Positions 1 to 13,200 of a DNA stretch of 64,000 nt are shown here, in pieces (positions within the stretch are counted from its first letter, which is position 1; the number at the start of each line of letters is the position of its first letter). Position numbers and translations under genes: made by a program. The notes under the pieces are model-generated. The model searched no databases and was not told where the DNA came from. It was given only the letters and a program-made list of their open reading frames with translations. The stretch spans positions 81,408,001 to 81,472,000 of the forward strand of contig NW_024704742.1 in the NCBI RefSeq assembly GCF_018977255.1, written 5' to 3'. The DNA comes from Callorhinchus milii. Taxonomy: Eukaryota.

Positions 1-350
1 ATTCTTTCTAAATACATTACACCCTGCAATTTGTGATTGCCAATCCTGTTCTTTTTATAGCCACGTTTCAGTAATCCCAATTATATCTGGTTCCTCACTA
101 CGAATTATTGCCTCCAGGTCTCCTGTTTTATTTCGGCTGCTGTGCACATTGCTGTACCGACAGTTTAATTCATTAGTATTAATTGTTCCTCATTCTTTCC
201 ACACTTCTGCTCTATATTAATTCCCTGACCATTTATATTCTCCTTATTTCTTACCTTTGTCTGGCTTGAATCATTTCCTTCTGATACCAACCGCCCCCAC
301 CACCCCCCGTCTACTAGTTTAAAGCCTTTGCCACAGCCCTTTGATGCTTC
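1..350 (-). mobile_element. CR1 LINE fragment spanning the ORF1 end and the ORF2 endonuclease start
   Basis: Minus strand reads CRYSNVHSSRNKTGDLEAIIRSEEPDIIGITETW, the APE endonuclease N-terminal motif of CR1 ORF2. Confidence 0.75.
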
Positions 351-654
351 TAATCAAGCCTAACTTGTTTTAGCCAACCCCGGAGCGTTTCAGTGCTTCT
401 TCATAAGATAAATGAAGCCATTATCTAGTGAAGCAATATTGAAATACTACACTCACATACAGGACTCAACAGAAAAAAAATCGACAAGACTCGTTGGCAA
501 AATTATTCTCCAGTAAATTGGGTGGGGGAGGGAATGTTCTCTCTCGAGTCTTTATAGCCAGGCTCTATGGACATGTTTGAACTAGATTAACTGGTCCATC
601 AATAAAGTATCTATAGCTAAGGAATGGAATGTGTTTATACATACTGATTCAATG

Positions 655-810
655 CATGACTGTTTGTGGGATACTGCTGTGCGCAATTGGCTGCTACGTT
701 TTGCCCACAAATATACAGTCAATTCACTTCACAGTATATTCTGTGAAGCATTTTGAGGTGGCTAGATGATGTGCAAAGCGCTATATCAAATCCAAGAATT
801 ATCATTATAA
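655..810 (+). mobile_element. SINE 3' portion with L2-type tail
   Basis: gactgtttgtggga...cccacaaatatacagtcaattcact...gcgctatatcaaat; body shared with many copies in the window. Confidence 0.8.
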
Positions 811-898
811 TTTTCACCCAATAAAGTCTAGCCAGTATGTTTTTTGGTCAATAATTTGTTTTAGTCCAGTATTAAATCCTAACAAGATTTTACCTATG

Positions 899-938
899 TA
901 TTGCATTGTACATATTGCATTGTATATATTGCATTGTA
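899..938. repeat. 14-bp tandem repeat x~3 (TATTGCATTGTA[C/T]A)
   Basis: Directly visible. Confidence 0.9.
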
Positions 939-1035
939 ACAAGTGCTGTTTGTTTCCTGCCATCTATTCCTCACTTGGATTATACTTCAGGGGTGTGTAA
1001 GAAAAAAATTGAGGGAATTATTGTCTTTTAGTTAC

Positions 1036-1209
1036 CTTCACAACTGGGAAGAGGTCTGCTCCAGCTTCCAGTAGCAAGGCATGCGATCTTCTGAGGCCCA
1101 TTTAAACGATAGCCATAGTTGCAAACAAAGCTGACATTGCTCCCGTAGGAGTTTTCCGTTCCAGTAGACACTGCATTCTCCACAGAGGGAAATGCTCCAC
1201 ATGTGATTC
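1036..1209 (-). CDS. SVEP1: SVEP1 exon ~42 ([15 protein letters not shown]...WSRPLPSCE)
   Basis: cag|GA ... GAA G|gtaac; 174 nt. Confidence 0.92.
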
Positions 1210-4200
1210 CTGCGATGATTGAAAAAGAACTGCTATTGAAAGATTAACCATCTAAAAATTATTAAGGAATCAAACACTTCGCAATTTAACTTTAATTCCT
1301 TTAGAAAAAAAATCATTCTGTACAATATATAATGAAGTGCGTGATGTGAAGGTGCGTGATGTGATGACTTTAGTACATGTATCAATCATCACTTGAGATT
1401 TTATCATATCATCAAACTGCAGTCAAATTATTCAACATAATTTATTAACTCGTAGGAGGGTATGAACATTCATTGCCCCCACTTCCCCCCATGATTTGAG
1501 CCTAATGGTTCACGTAGCTTGAAGCTGATCCAAAACACTGTTGTGAGGATTTCAGGCTTACTCTGATAGAGCAGGAGCACCAACAAGCTGCAAAGTCTGA
1601 TGTGCCCGAATGGCCTTAATCCATGCTAAACATTCCCATGGCAGCTATCTACCTTTCCTCCAGCTGACAATGTTTGCAATCTGAATTACCTGGGTTGTCA
1701 TTTTGGTTTATTAATATGATGGGAAAAGAATCGCAGCATTGCACCTATAGTATGGTAACTGGACCTATTGGGTAACAACAGATGTTCATGACTTACTTGT
1801 GCAGGATGGTTCTATTCCACTCCACTCTCCGTTTGCATCACAGACTCTCACTGTACCTCCCTGTAACAAAAACAATTCCAAAAACTGTATGGAACAGAGC
1901 AGCCTGTAATCTGTGTCTGGCATCTAGAGTGACTATAATACATTAGCAAATTTACACGATTCACTGACAAATTTGCCAAAGTATCTTTGTCCTCATTTTT
2001 TGTACAAAATTCAAATTATATTGTACACTTTGCCTCTTAATTCTTTTTCTGACTCGCTGTAGCTGCTGTTTTGTAACAAAAAAAGAGTTAGCAAATTGTT
2101 GTCTGATTTCCTTCCCGCCGCCTGGTATTTAACTCAATTTTTCTTCAACTGGACACCACTCCTTAACATCTTAACATTCACCCTCACAAACCCATCCAAG
2201 TGGCCATTATCGATTGCAATTCTAATGTTGTCAGACTCACCAAAGCCCTAAAGTTTCTCATTATCTTAGTCTAAGACCATTCTCTTAACATTTAATATTT
2301 TGCAACATTTTTGGAAAATAAATAAATTTAATGTTAACTTTTTTTAAAGTTTTGAAAGCGTGTTTTCTGTAATTCTTGAAAAGTGATTTTGAATCCCCAG
2401 CATCCAACGTAAGACTGTACCTTCGAATTTTCCAAAATTTCCAAGACAATGGTTTTGAATGTAATGAATTTCAAGCCTCCGATTTCAATACACATGACCT
2501 TTCCAGTATATAGCACCTAGATCAGGAACAGTCAAGAACTCCACGCCCCATCACCAAGCCTCGCCAGTTCTAACACCCCAACTGTTGCTCCAGCCGAGAT
2601 CTATCACTGTAGATCAGGGAATGGAATCTGTGCAGGTCAGTGTTATTTGGTGAAGGTTTCTTTACCCACTTGGCCATTGGGTCAGAGGAATTATCTAAGT
2701 CTTATGCACACTGTAGTACATCTTCACACAGAATATGATCACAGTATAGATATGAGAGGGATTGGAATGATTACCTGTAATTCATAACCCTGATCACATT
2801 GATACACCACAGTGCCTTTGTACATATAACTGTTTCCTTTAACTGATCCATGTATTGGCGGAATTGGCTTTTCACATGACATAGGGAAGCATACTGCGTC
2901 TGAAATCGGTGGGTGCCACAATCCGTTCAGCTGAAACAGATAAGGAGGTTTAATCAACTGTACCAATTTACATTTCTTCAAAAATGTGTCAAAGCACTGG
3001 ACGAATGTAGTAATGTACATCGAACAAGAAGAGAAGGGATTTAAAGTTGTTGATCAAAGTGAACGTCAAAGAAATGATCAATGGTGTGTGTGGTTGGGGG
3101 AGTGGGCGGTTGTGCTGGCGAGACCAAGTTGCAAACTTCTAAGTGTTGGAATGCAACTCATGTTAAAAATTCTCAGTAAAATAACAATATTAGCTATATT
3201 GGTGCTGTGTTTAGCACTCCTGTGGCTATCTCATTTCTGTGTAAAGTTACATTTATACGTTCAGCACCATGTGCTCTTTTGCTGGAAGTGACAATGCTAT
3301 AAACATGGCAAGGGTTCTTTTGAATGTGTTGGGTTATAATTGAATAACTTTAAAACAAACACACTCAGAAGTTAGAGAGGGAGTGTGATGGGCACAATGT
3401 GATGCATTGACACACATGGAGAATATTCTAAGTTTCTCCAAAAATCTGGAAAATATCTTATCACTTTTATTAGGGTAATGTTAACGTACTATAATATTAA
3501 TCCAAAATTACACAAGGAGTGTATTTTCGCAGATGTTTTTCCAGCATTTGAAGTTTGCTGCTTGGCCTCATGACCCCCCACCCCCCCCCACCCCCGTATT
3601 ACATTACTTGTTCCAAAATATGATTGAAAATTGATGGGGGGAGGCAGACTATCACCTATGCAATAAACTCCTAATAACTTGTCACTCCAAGTGAAAAGGG
3701 CTGTGACAAGTTATTAGGAGTGACGAATTAGGTGTATATATATAATCAATATACATAAATAATTCTGTCCAAGATATTGCCAGCATGATGACTTAAGTGG
3801 CAGTGACAAGTTAAGCCGAGGTCGAGTTATTAGGAGTTTACTATAAATTAGGTCACTTTAAACTTAGAGACCAGTCACTGAGGGCAGGAATTCTTCTCAC
3901 TCAACTGTCATTAGGCCTGAAAAACAAAACCCCAATGTGTAGGGTAGTCCTGGAAGCTTTCCAGGCAGTGCTTTCAACAGCAAGCTGTGTGATTTTAGCT
4001 AGTTAGACCTCCAGCAGTACCCCAACACACACTCTGGGGTCCCAAGTCTTTGCTCTTGCCAACCTCACTTTGTCATTGCTTTCCAGACACAAGAATTTTT
4101 ACAGAATATGTGGAGTTTGGTTTGGATACTCTTAAGCATAGTCATGCGTTTCCTCACATATCAGACCCCTGAATGACCCAAACAACTCCCCAATAAAATG

Positions 4201-7200
4201 TATTTGGCATGCACTGTACTGTAATATAATTAGGACTTCTGATTTTTGGTTTTAAGTAATAAACCCTGATAAAACACCCTCGATACAAAAAAATGAAATT
4301 GGTGTTTATCCAATAAAGGGGAGGAGGAGGGTTGACCAAAAGCATAGTTGAGGTAGGTCATCAATATGAGGGGAGAGTGGCTGAAATAAAGCGACTCCTG
4401 GACAAAGGCAGAATGGCTAAAAGCTCATCCACTAATGGTGAGTCGGATCGTGCAGGGAACATCAAGCAGTTCACTGAGTAGAGGGGACGGCTTGGTCAGC
4501 TGGGTTGCAGGAGGTTCCAGAGGTAGGTTGGAGTGCGGCTGTGGAGAGATTTGAATGTTTGGACGAGGATCTTGAATTTCATTCAACAGGGGGATGAAGA
4601 GCCAACGCACTGAGCAACAATGGGGCTAATAAGCGCACAGAGCCTATCCCCAGTTATATCCCCATATCGTGAGTTACAGATATGTTAGTTATTTCTGTTA
4701 CTGAATTGATTCCAGTTACATCCCTTCCGCCTCTCCCCTATATAACGCTGCCTGGCTTATGGCGATCGTGTCCATTAGATGTGTCCTAATGATAATCATT
4801 ATCCTTACATTTGGTATAGCACCTGTCATGTCAGGATTACGATCCAAAGCGCGTCACGGGATATACTATAATGTGCTGTGACTGTGTTTTGTGGGCAAAC
4901 GAGGTAACAAATTTGCTAACCTGCTTCCAACACTGACCAGCCCAACTACCCACACTAAAAAATGGCCAACGCCCACATTCTCACGTTGCGGTTGCTATCA
5001 TTTCCTGCACATTGTGCGCATGCAGGTTCTGCGTAGTACCTGTTGCTTATGTCACTTTTTGTGCTCTACTCATGAGCGCTCCACTCGGGAAGCCCCAATG
5101 ACATCAATTTACAAAGGAAGTGGGGTCAGCGCCACTTATTGGGTATCGCACAAGTCGTCCCTTTTCAGCACTTTGCTTTTAACATGGTTTCTGCGCTATT
5201 TGACCCAGAGGACCACATAATAACAAGACTTCCCTGGATTTAATTACCTCTGCAATAGTAACAGCTAAGACCCTGAAACCGTTTCATAAATCATAAGATT
5301 TAGGAAAATTTAATATCATTAGATTCAGAGTGCATAGAATCATAGAATCATAGAATTGTTTTCACAAAAGAAGTGGATGCACCAAATGCCGCAGTATCGG
5401 AGGAGAGGGTAGAGGAAATAGATAGGATAAGTATAACCAGAGAGGAAGTACTGAAAAGGTTGACTGGGCTGAAGGTAGATAAGTTGCCCAGTCCTGACGG
5501 GATGCAACCAAGATTACTATGGGAGGCACGGGTACAAATAGCGGAGGCTTTGGTTACAATTTTCCAATCTTCGTTGGACACAGGAGTGGTGCCAGAGGAC
5601 TGGAGAGTGGCCAATGTGACTCCCCTGTACAAAAAGGGACAGAAGGACAAACCTGGGAACTATAGGCCAGTCAGTTTAACATCAGTAGTGGGGAAACCCC
5701 TGGAGACTATAATGCGGGACAGAATAAATCTTCACTTAGAAGAATATGGATTAATTAGGGGCAGCCAACATGGATTTGTTAAAGGCAAATCTTGTCTAAC
5801 AAATATATTAGAATTTTTCGATGAGATAAGGGAGAGGGTGGATGAAGGTAGTGCAGTTGATGTTGTTTATATGGACTTTCAAAAGGCATTTGACAAATTG
5901 CCATATGAAAGACTTGTAAGAAAGATAGAAGCCCATGGTGTAAAAGGAACAGTGGCAGCATGGATCCAGAACTGGCTGGGAGACAGAAAGCAGAGCGATA
6001 TGGTGAACAGCTGCTTTTCTGACTGGAGGGAAGTGTACAGTGGCGTCCCTCAGGACTTGGTATTAGGACCACTGCTCTTCTTAATATACATAAATGATCT
6101 GGACTTCGGTATAGCAAGCACCATTTCCAACTTTGTAGACGACACAAAGTTAGATAGGGTGGAAAACAGTGAGAAGGATAGCAGCCAACTGCAGGAAGAC
6201 ATAGACAGAATGATAAAATGGGCAGACACATGGCAGATGAATTTCAATGTGGAGAAATGTGAGGTAATGCATTTTGGTAGAAAGAATGAGGGGAGACAAT
6301 ATAGGCTACGTAATACAATCTTAAGGAGGGTGAAGGACCAGAGAGACCTGGGGGTTCAGGTAAATGAATCCTTGAAGGTGGCAGGACAGGTAGATAAAGT
6401 GTTAAAAAGGGCATATGGGATTCTAGGCTTTATTAATAGGGGCATAGAGTACAAGAGTCAGGAGGTTATGATTAACCTATATAAAACACTGGTTAGGCCT
6501 CAGTTGGAACACTGCGCCCAGTTTTGGGCACCACACTATAGGAAGGATGTTAAGGCATTGGAAAGGGTGCAGAGGAGATTTACGAGGATGGTACCAGGAA
6601 TGAGGGACCTTGATTATGAGGAAAGGCTAGAGAGGTGGGAATTATTCTCACTGGAGCAGAGAAGGTTATGAGGAGACCTAATAGAGGTCTTCAAAATCAT
6701 GAGGGGATTTGATAGGTTAGAAAGGGAAAAACTGTTTCCACTGGTGGGTGTGTCGGTGACTCGAGGTCATAGATTCAAAATAGTCTCTAAAAGAAGCAGA
6801 GGGGAGGTGAGAAGAATTTTTTTCACGCAGCGAGTTGTTCGAATCTGGAACGCATTGCCTGAAAGGGTGGTCGAGGCCGATTCGATAACAACTTTTAAAA
6901 ACATGGTGGACGGGTATTTGAGGAGGACGGGTTTGCAGGGTTATGGGGAAAGTGCTGGGGAATGGGATTGACATTACATTGCTCTTTTCAAAGAGCCGGC
7001 AGAAACTTGATGGGCTGAATGGCCTCTTTTTGTGCTGCACGATCCTATGATTCTATGAAATCCCAGCAATTATAGGAATCATTTTGGAGATAATTCAGCC
7101 GTATAAATCACTGTAATCTTCTTAAATCCAAAATCCGAAATAGTTGCATTGCTGTGTGACAGACCCAATGGAAACACTTGACTTCAAAAGCATATGCCCT

Positions 7201-10200
7201 GGACACATGAGTACACTATAGCTGCTTTGATGTCTTCTTTAGCATGGAATTACTTTTAAACAAAGACAATGCTAGTTCTTACCTGGCAAGTAGACTCGTT
7301 CACTCCTGTCAATCTGTGTCCTTCTTCACAAGAGATATTAATGTTTTCATTGACAGTAAACTCTGTTCCAGAAACAACAACATGTGTCTCATTGGTAAAC
7401 GCTACAGAACAAGTTTGTTGTTTGCATAAGACACTGTGAGTGGACCAAGAGCCATCTTGTGAACATGTTGAAGTATCTTGCTCGGTTTCCATTATGTAAC
7501 CTTCCAAACAGCTGCAAAAAAAGAAGAAACGGTTGTACAATTCACTTTTATAATGCCAATTAATTTGGGGGCCATTTTGACCTGTTAATACAATTAATTA
7601 AACATATAAAAGAATGGATATAAAATCTTGTTCTATTCTAAATGACTATAGGGGAATCTCTATATCCCAACACTGCACAACGCCAGGGGTACTGCTGACC
7701 ACGAAGCCTGGGATTCATTCCGTGCATGGGCTAAAAACGTAGAAATTTTTGACAACTATTGCAGAAAATGGCAGGGAGTCGATTTGTGTGATTGAGGTAC
7801 ATTTTCCTGCCGACCAACATTCTTTCACTTTATTGATAAAACATAAACATGAGGAAATAACACGTATTAGATTGTTGCAAAAAAATATGAATTGATTCTT
7901 TAACAAAAACTGGGTGTTTTTTTTTGGAGGGGAGTGGGTAAGGGGGGACCCCAGCGAGGCTACTGGAGCTATCAGGGCCCAACACCACACACAGACCAAG
8001 AGAGAAAGACACACACACAGACCCACATTCTCAGAGAGACACACAAAAACATAGAGACACTCACAAACACATAAAGAGAGACACACAGGCACAGCCACAA
8101 ACACACAGAGAAGAGGGAGACAGAGACATACTCGCACAGACACTCAAAAACAGAGAGAGAGACACACACACAACTTGCACTTATATTGCGCCTTCTACAC
8201 AGGGTAGCGTCTCAAAACGCTTAAACACACACACACACACACACACACACAGATACTCACAAATGCATATAGAGAGACACAATACACACAATCATATACA
8301 CACACACACACACACACACAATGATGCACCGAAACACAGACAATCATACACACACACACACAGAAGACACACAGACAATCATATATACAGAGACACAGAC
8401 AATCACAACAGTGGAGCTTCCGACTGAAGCCCATTTGCCGCTTGCACCGCACATCCGGAGCCACTCGCCCACAGTGACGTCAGGTAAACAGCCGTGAGGC
8501 CCGCGGACCAGAAACTATATTTATAGTGGGTTTGTAGCAGAGGATGACGTTTGTGGCAGATTCCGTGGGAAAAGTGTGGCCGCACTTTTCTATTGGCCCA
8601 GGTCATAGCTCATTCCTCTAACATCATCCTTGTGACATCGTCAACCTGTCCCTCTCCTCTGGCTCTGTCCCCATTCCATTAAAAACTGCCATCATCACGC
8701 CCACCCTGAAAAAACCCTCCCTTGATGCGTCGCAGCTATCAAGCTACCGGCCCATCTCCAACCTCCCCTTTCTCTCCAAGGTCTTGGAAAGAGTTGTCGC
8801 CTCCCAACTGCGCTCTTTCCTTTCCACCCATTCTCTTTCGAACCCCTTCAGTCAGGTTTCCGTGCTGCCCATAGCACAGAAACTGCCCTGGTCAAGGTCA
8901 CCAATGATATCCTGACCATCTGTGACCAGGGCTCCCTCTGTCTCCTCGTCCTCCTCGACCTATCGGCAGCATTCGATACGGTCGACCACGCTATCCTCCT
9001 CCACCGCTTGTCCTCCCACCTCAACCTTCAAGGCACTGTCCTTGAATGGTTTAGCTCTTACCTTTCCCACCGTCTTCACTTCGTCTCAACGAATGGCTTC
9101 TCCTCCACCCCCCGTACTGTCTCACGTGGTGTCCCTCAGGGCTCTGTCCTCGGTCCCCTCCTCTTCACCCTCTATATGCTCCCCCTCGGTGACATCATCC
9201 GCAGACATGGAGTTAACTTCCACATGTATGCGGATGACACCCAACTCTACCTTTCCTCCTCTACTCTCAACTCCACGACCACCGATGTCCTGACAGCCTG
9301 CCTGTCCGACATCAAGTCCTGGACGAGAGACAACTTTCTTCAGCTCAACGTGCGAAAAACCGAGGCCCTCCTGATTGGCTCACGTCAGCGCCTCCGCACC
9401 TCAGGCGCTGACACCATCAGCATCCAAGGCTGCACTCTCCACCTCTCAAAGCCGTCAGGAACCTCGGCGTTTTGTTCGACCCTGAGCTGTCCTTTCTCAC
9501 TCACATCCGCACCACAACTGGCACCGCCTTCCATCACCTCCGGAACATCGCCAGACTACGGCATTACCTCACCCCTCACGCTGCTGAAACCCTGGTCCAC
9601 GCCTTTGTCACCTCAAGGCTGGACTGTGGGAACTCTCTCCTCGCCGGCCTTCCCGCCACCTCCCTCCACAAGCTGCAGGTCATTCAGAACTCTGCAGCTC
9701 GTGTACTGTCCCGCACCAGGCTTCGGGACAACATCACTCCCACCCTCGCTCGCCTCAACTGGCTCCCTATCCCCCAGAGGATTGATTTCAAGATCCTCAT
9801 CCTCACCTACAAGGCCATTCACGGCCTTGCTCCCTCCTACCTCTCCAACCTACTATCCCCCTACCTACCTGCCCGTACCCTCCGTTCCTCTGGCTCTGGT
9901 CTGCTCCACGTCCCCCGCCCCAACCGCCCTACCATCGGTGGTCGGGCCTTCAGCCTCTCAGCCCCGAGGCTCTGGAACTCTATCCCCCAGTGCCTTCGCC
10001 GCCTCCTCCCTTTCCTCCTTCAAGGCCGGTCTCAAAACCTTTCTCTTTGACCGTGCCTTCAGCTCCCCTCTCGACTCGCTTCCCCTCCTCGCTCCCTCTC
10101 TTCCCTCCCCTCACCCTGACCATTCCCCCCTGCTCGGGTCATGACCCAACTGTGCAGCGCCTTGGGACGTCCTCCTGACGTGAAAGGCGCTTTATAAATG

Positions 10201-13200
10201 GAATCTTGTTGTTGTTGTTGTTGTTGCTTTCCTCCCCACTACCTTAAGGGCACCTGCCTCCTCCCCTTCCATGTTATGGCACCAGAGCTGTATGCAGTAC
10301 CTGCCTGACTTGCACTCTAGTCTCTGGTGTTTCTAGTTTGCAATCAAAATTCAGAAGGACAATGTACTTTTAAACTCTGAATTCTGAAAAGGTGTAGTTC
10401 TGGACACAGCACCACAAAACCTGTCCCACCCCCGCTTGAGAACGTTTGTCTTTTCTTGTCTTTTGTACACCCCAGTCTTACAAGATTGTCACAAGCACCA
10501 CATTAACTGCAACACATTTTGCTGAGTCAGTCACTGATACAACTTGAGAAGAACCTTTGCACACGTTGTACAAGATCACTGATACAAATCAGTGCAGAAA
10601 TTCCCTTCCTGTGTGATGTGCCAATTTCAGGGAGATACTGTAGATTACTGTAGATACTGCAGATCCAGATTAAACACACAGTGAAACTCCTTGTATTCCA
10701 GTGATCAATGTACAGGGTGACCAATGTCACTGCTTTGCAATGTCCAATAAGTCTTAAAGCAATGAGAATTTTTTTTAGACAAAGGAACAGATATCACAAC
10801 TTTTTGGTCACACTGTACAATCAAATGTGATATTTGTAATATTTGTAATAAATACTAGCACCATAAACAATCCAGATTTACATAAAATTGTATTAAGAAT
10901 GGAAACTTGATACAAAAAGAAATCCTAGAGAGAATGAAATGGAACCTGGAACTGGAAAATAAAACAAAGCAATTTTTTTTAAGATCATTTTAACAGGAGT
11001 GCAAAGTCAATTCTATGTGGAAAAAAGAAAGATATCAAGATCCTTTCTGTTCAAACTGCATAAAGAGGGCAAACAGACCCAAAGCCCAAACAGAAACATT
11101 TAAAAAATATAAGGAGGGGTGGGAATCGTAGTTAATCACACCCCCCCGTTTGCCTGGAGTCAAAGAGGCAATCCGTCCGCCTGACCTGCCCAGGTGGTCG
11201 TGATTCAAGTCGGGTCCACATCATATTTTGATGACTAGGGACCCAGATTTGGGTGGGGTCAAGGGTTTCGTGGGCAGCAACCTAAGTTCCCGTCTGTGGA
11301 ATGTGTAACAGAAATCAAGATAAGGACAGCAGTGGAAGAACAGTGACACAAGATAAGGAGGATCAACTGTCTCCACATTATGACCCAAAGAGGGATGGGA
11401 ATCGTAGTTAAACCTAGTTGAGGTTAATTACGGATTACTGTAGAAAGTGAAGCGGGGAAGAGAAAAACAGATTTAAGACAGGTCCCAATTTAGTAACAGG
11501 CAATAATATTCCATTCTTCCCATAATTTATTCAGTGCGCTCAAATTTTTCAAGGTCTCAGATCAGTGTAGCTGCCACCTTTCTGAGCCTTCATGTAATTT
11601 ATTCATGGAGGATACATGCAGCTGAGAGCAAGAAAGCTAGCCCTCAGCCCTGTTGGTTGGTATTGGCATTGCAGCGCTCCTGATGCTGAGCAGTTTGAGA
11701 CTCTCTCACAAGGAGGAGTGGAAAACTACCATGAACCTTGGCCTTCAGGCTCATACCCCCGGGCTTGCCTGGAGTCAAAGAGGCAATCTTAGGTGGGGTC
11801 AAGGGTTGCCTGGGCAGCAATCTAAGTTCCCATCTGTGGAATGTGTAACAGAAATCAAGATAAGGATAGTAGAAAAACAGTGACACAAGATAAGGAGGTT
11901 CAACTGTCTTCACATTATGACCCAAGGCTGTTCCTTTCCGCCCTACACATTGTTTGATTGAATATGCACATGGCTAGAAGCTCAACAATTGACTGGCAGA
12001 GAATTCCACCATTCTGTGTGTAAACAAAGTTCTTTGTCATCTCTGTTCTGGACTGACTAGTTTTGATTTTAAAACTATGCCCTATACAAAATGCAAAGAT
12101 TATTATTAAAATGGTTGTACAATATGTGCAAAAAATAAAGGAAATGTGATTGCTATGAAAACGCAGAGCCAGTTACATTCAAAAGTACATCCAAGTTAAT
12201 TCAGTTCCTACCTGTATTGGATTCTACTTCCAAATGTATAAACGCTTCCTATGACAACAGCATTAGGTAATGGTGGAGGTGGGCCGCAGGACAATGGCAC
12301 ACATGCTGGGTACGGCTGACTCCATTTGCCCCTCTCAGTGCAGAATACCTCTGCTTTTCCTTCCATTGTATAGCCAGGTAAACAGTTGTAGGTTATGGCG
12401 TTGTCATACAAAGAGCTGCTTCCATTAAAGAAAGCATTGGGAATCACAGGGGGTGCACCACAGGAGATGCGTCCACAGTCTGGAAAACCCGAACTCCACT
12501 TCCCGCCAGCTCCACAAGAAACCTGCGATGGACCCAGCAATTTGAATCCCTCTTTGCAATGGAATGATATCAGATTTCCACAGCTGAAATCTTTGCTGAT
12601 AGTAAATCCATTCCGAATGACTGGAGGTTGACATTTGCACGGTACACAGATTGGAACACTTCCACTCCATGAGCCGTTGTGAAGGCAGCGCCTCACTGGA
12701 TCCCCTGTGAGTTTATATCCATAAAAGCAGACGTAGTTCACAGACTCTCCAAACTTAAAGCTGGATCCATTTAAAAACCCAAAGGAGATGTCTTCTGGGG
12801 GTCCACAGTCGAGAGGTTCACAGCTTGGTGGGCTTGCATTCCACTCTCCATCTGCCTGACACATGAGACTCGCTGCACCATGTAATACATAACCATCCTC
12901 ACAATGGTATGTTACTTCTTTCCTGTATGTAAACTCAGATCCTGTGACTTGCCCATTGGATACAATAATAGGTGGTGGGCATGTTACCAGCCTACACTCG
13001 GGCACGACTCCACTCCAGCTTCCATGAGCAAGGCAAACACGGATTAAGTCACCCTGTATTATAAATCCAGTATCACAGCTGTACATTATGAGGCTCTGGA
13101 ATGTATAATCTTTCCCAGTCATGCTACCATTGGCAGGAATTTGTGGTATACTGCAGGATATAGGTGCACATTGAGGCTCTTCCCCATCCCATTCTTTGTT

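Noticed and set aside
7715..8464. Cys/Val-rich ORFs of 62-142 aa
   Set aside because: Translation of (CA)n microsatellite, not genes
5373..10144. RT ORFs as a retron, DGR or other novel RT system
   Set aside because: Motifs and 3' tails identify ordinary truncated CR1 and L2 LINEs in a vertebrate intron
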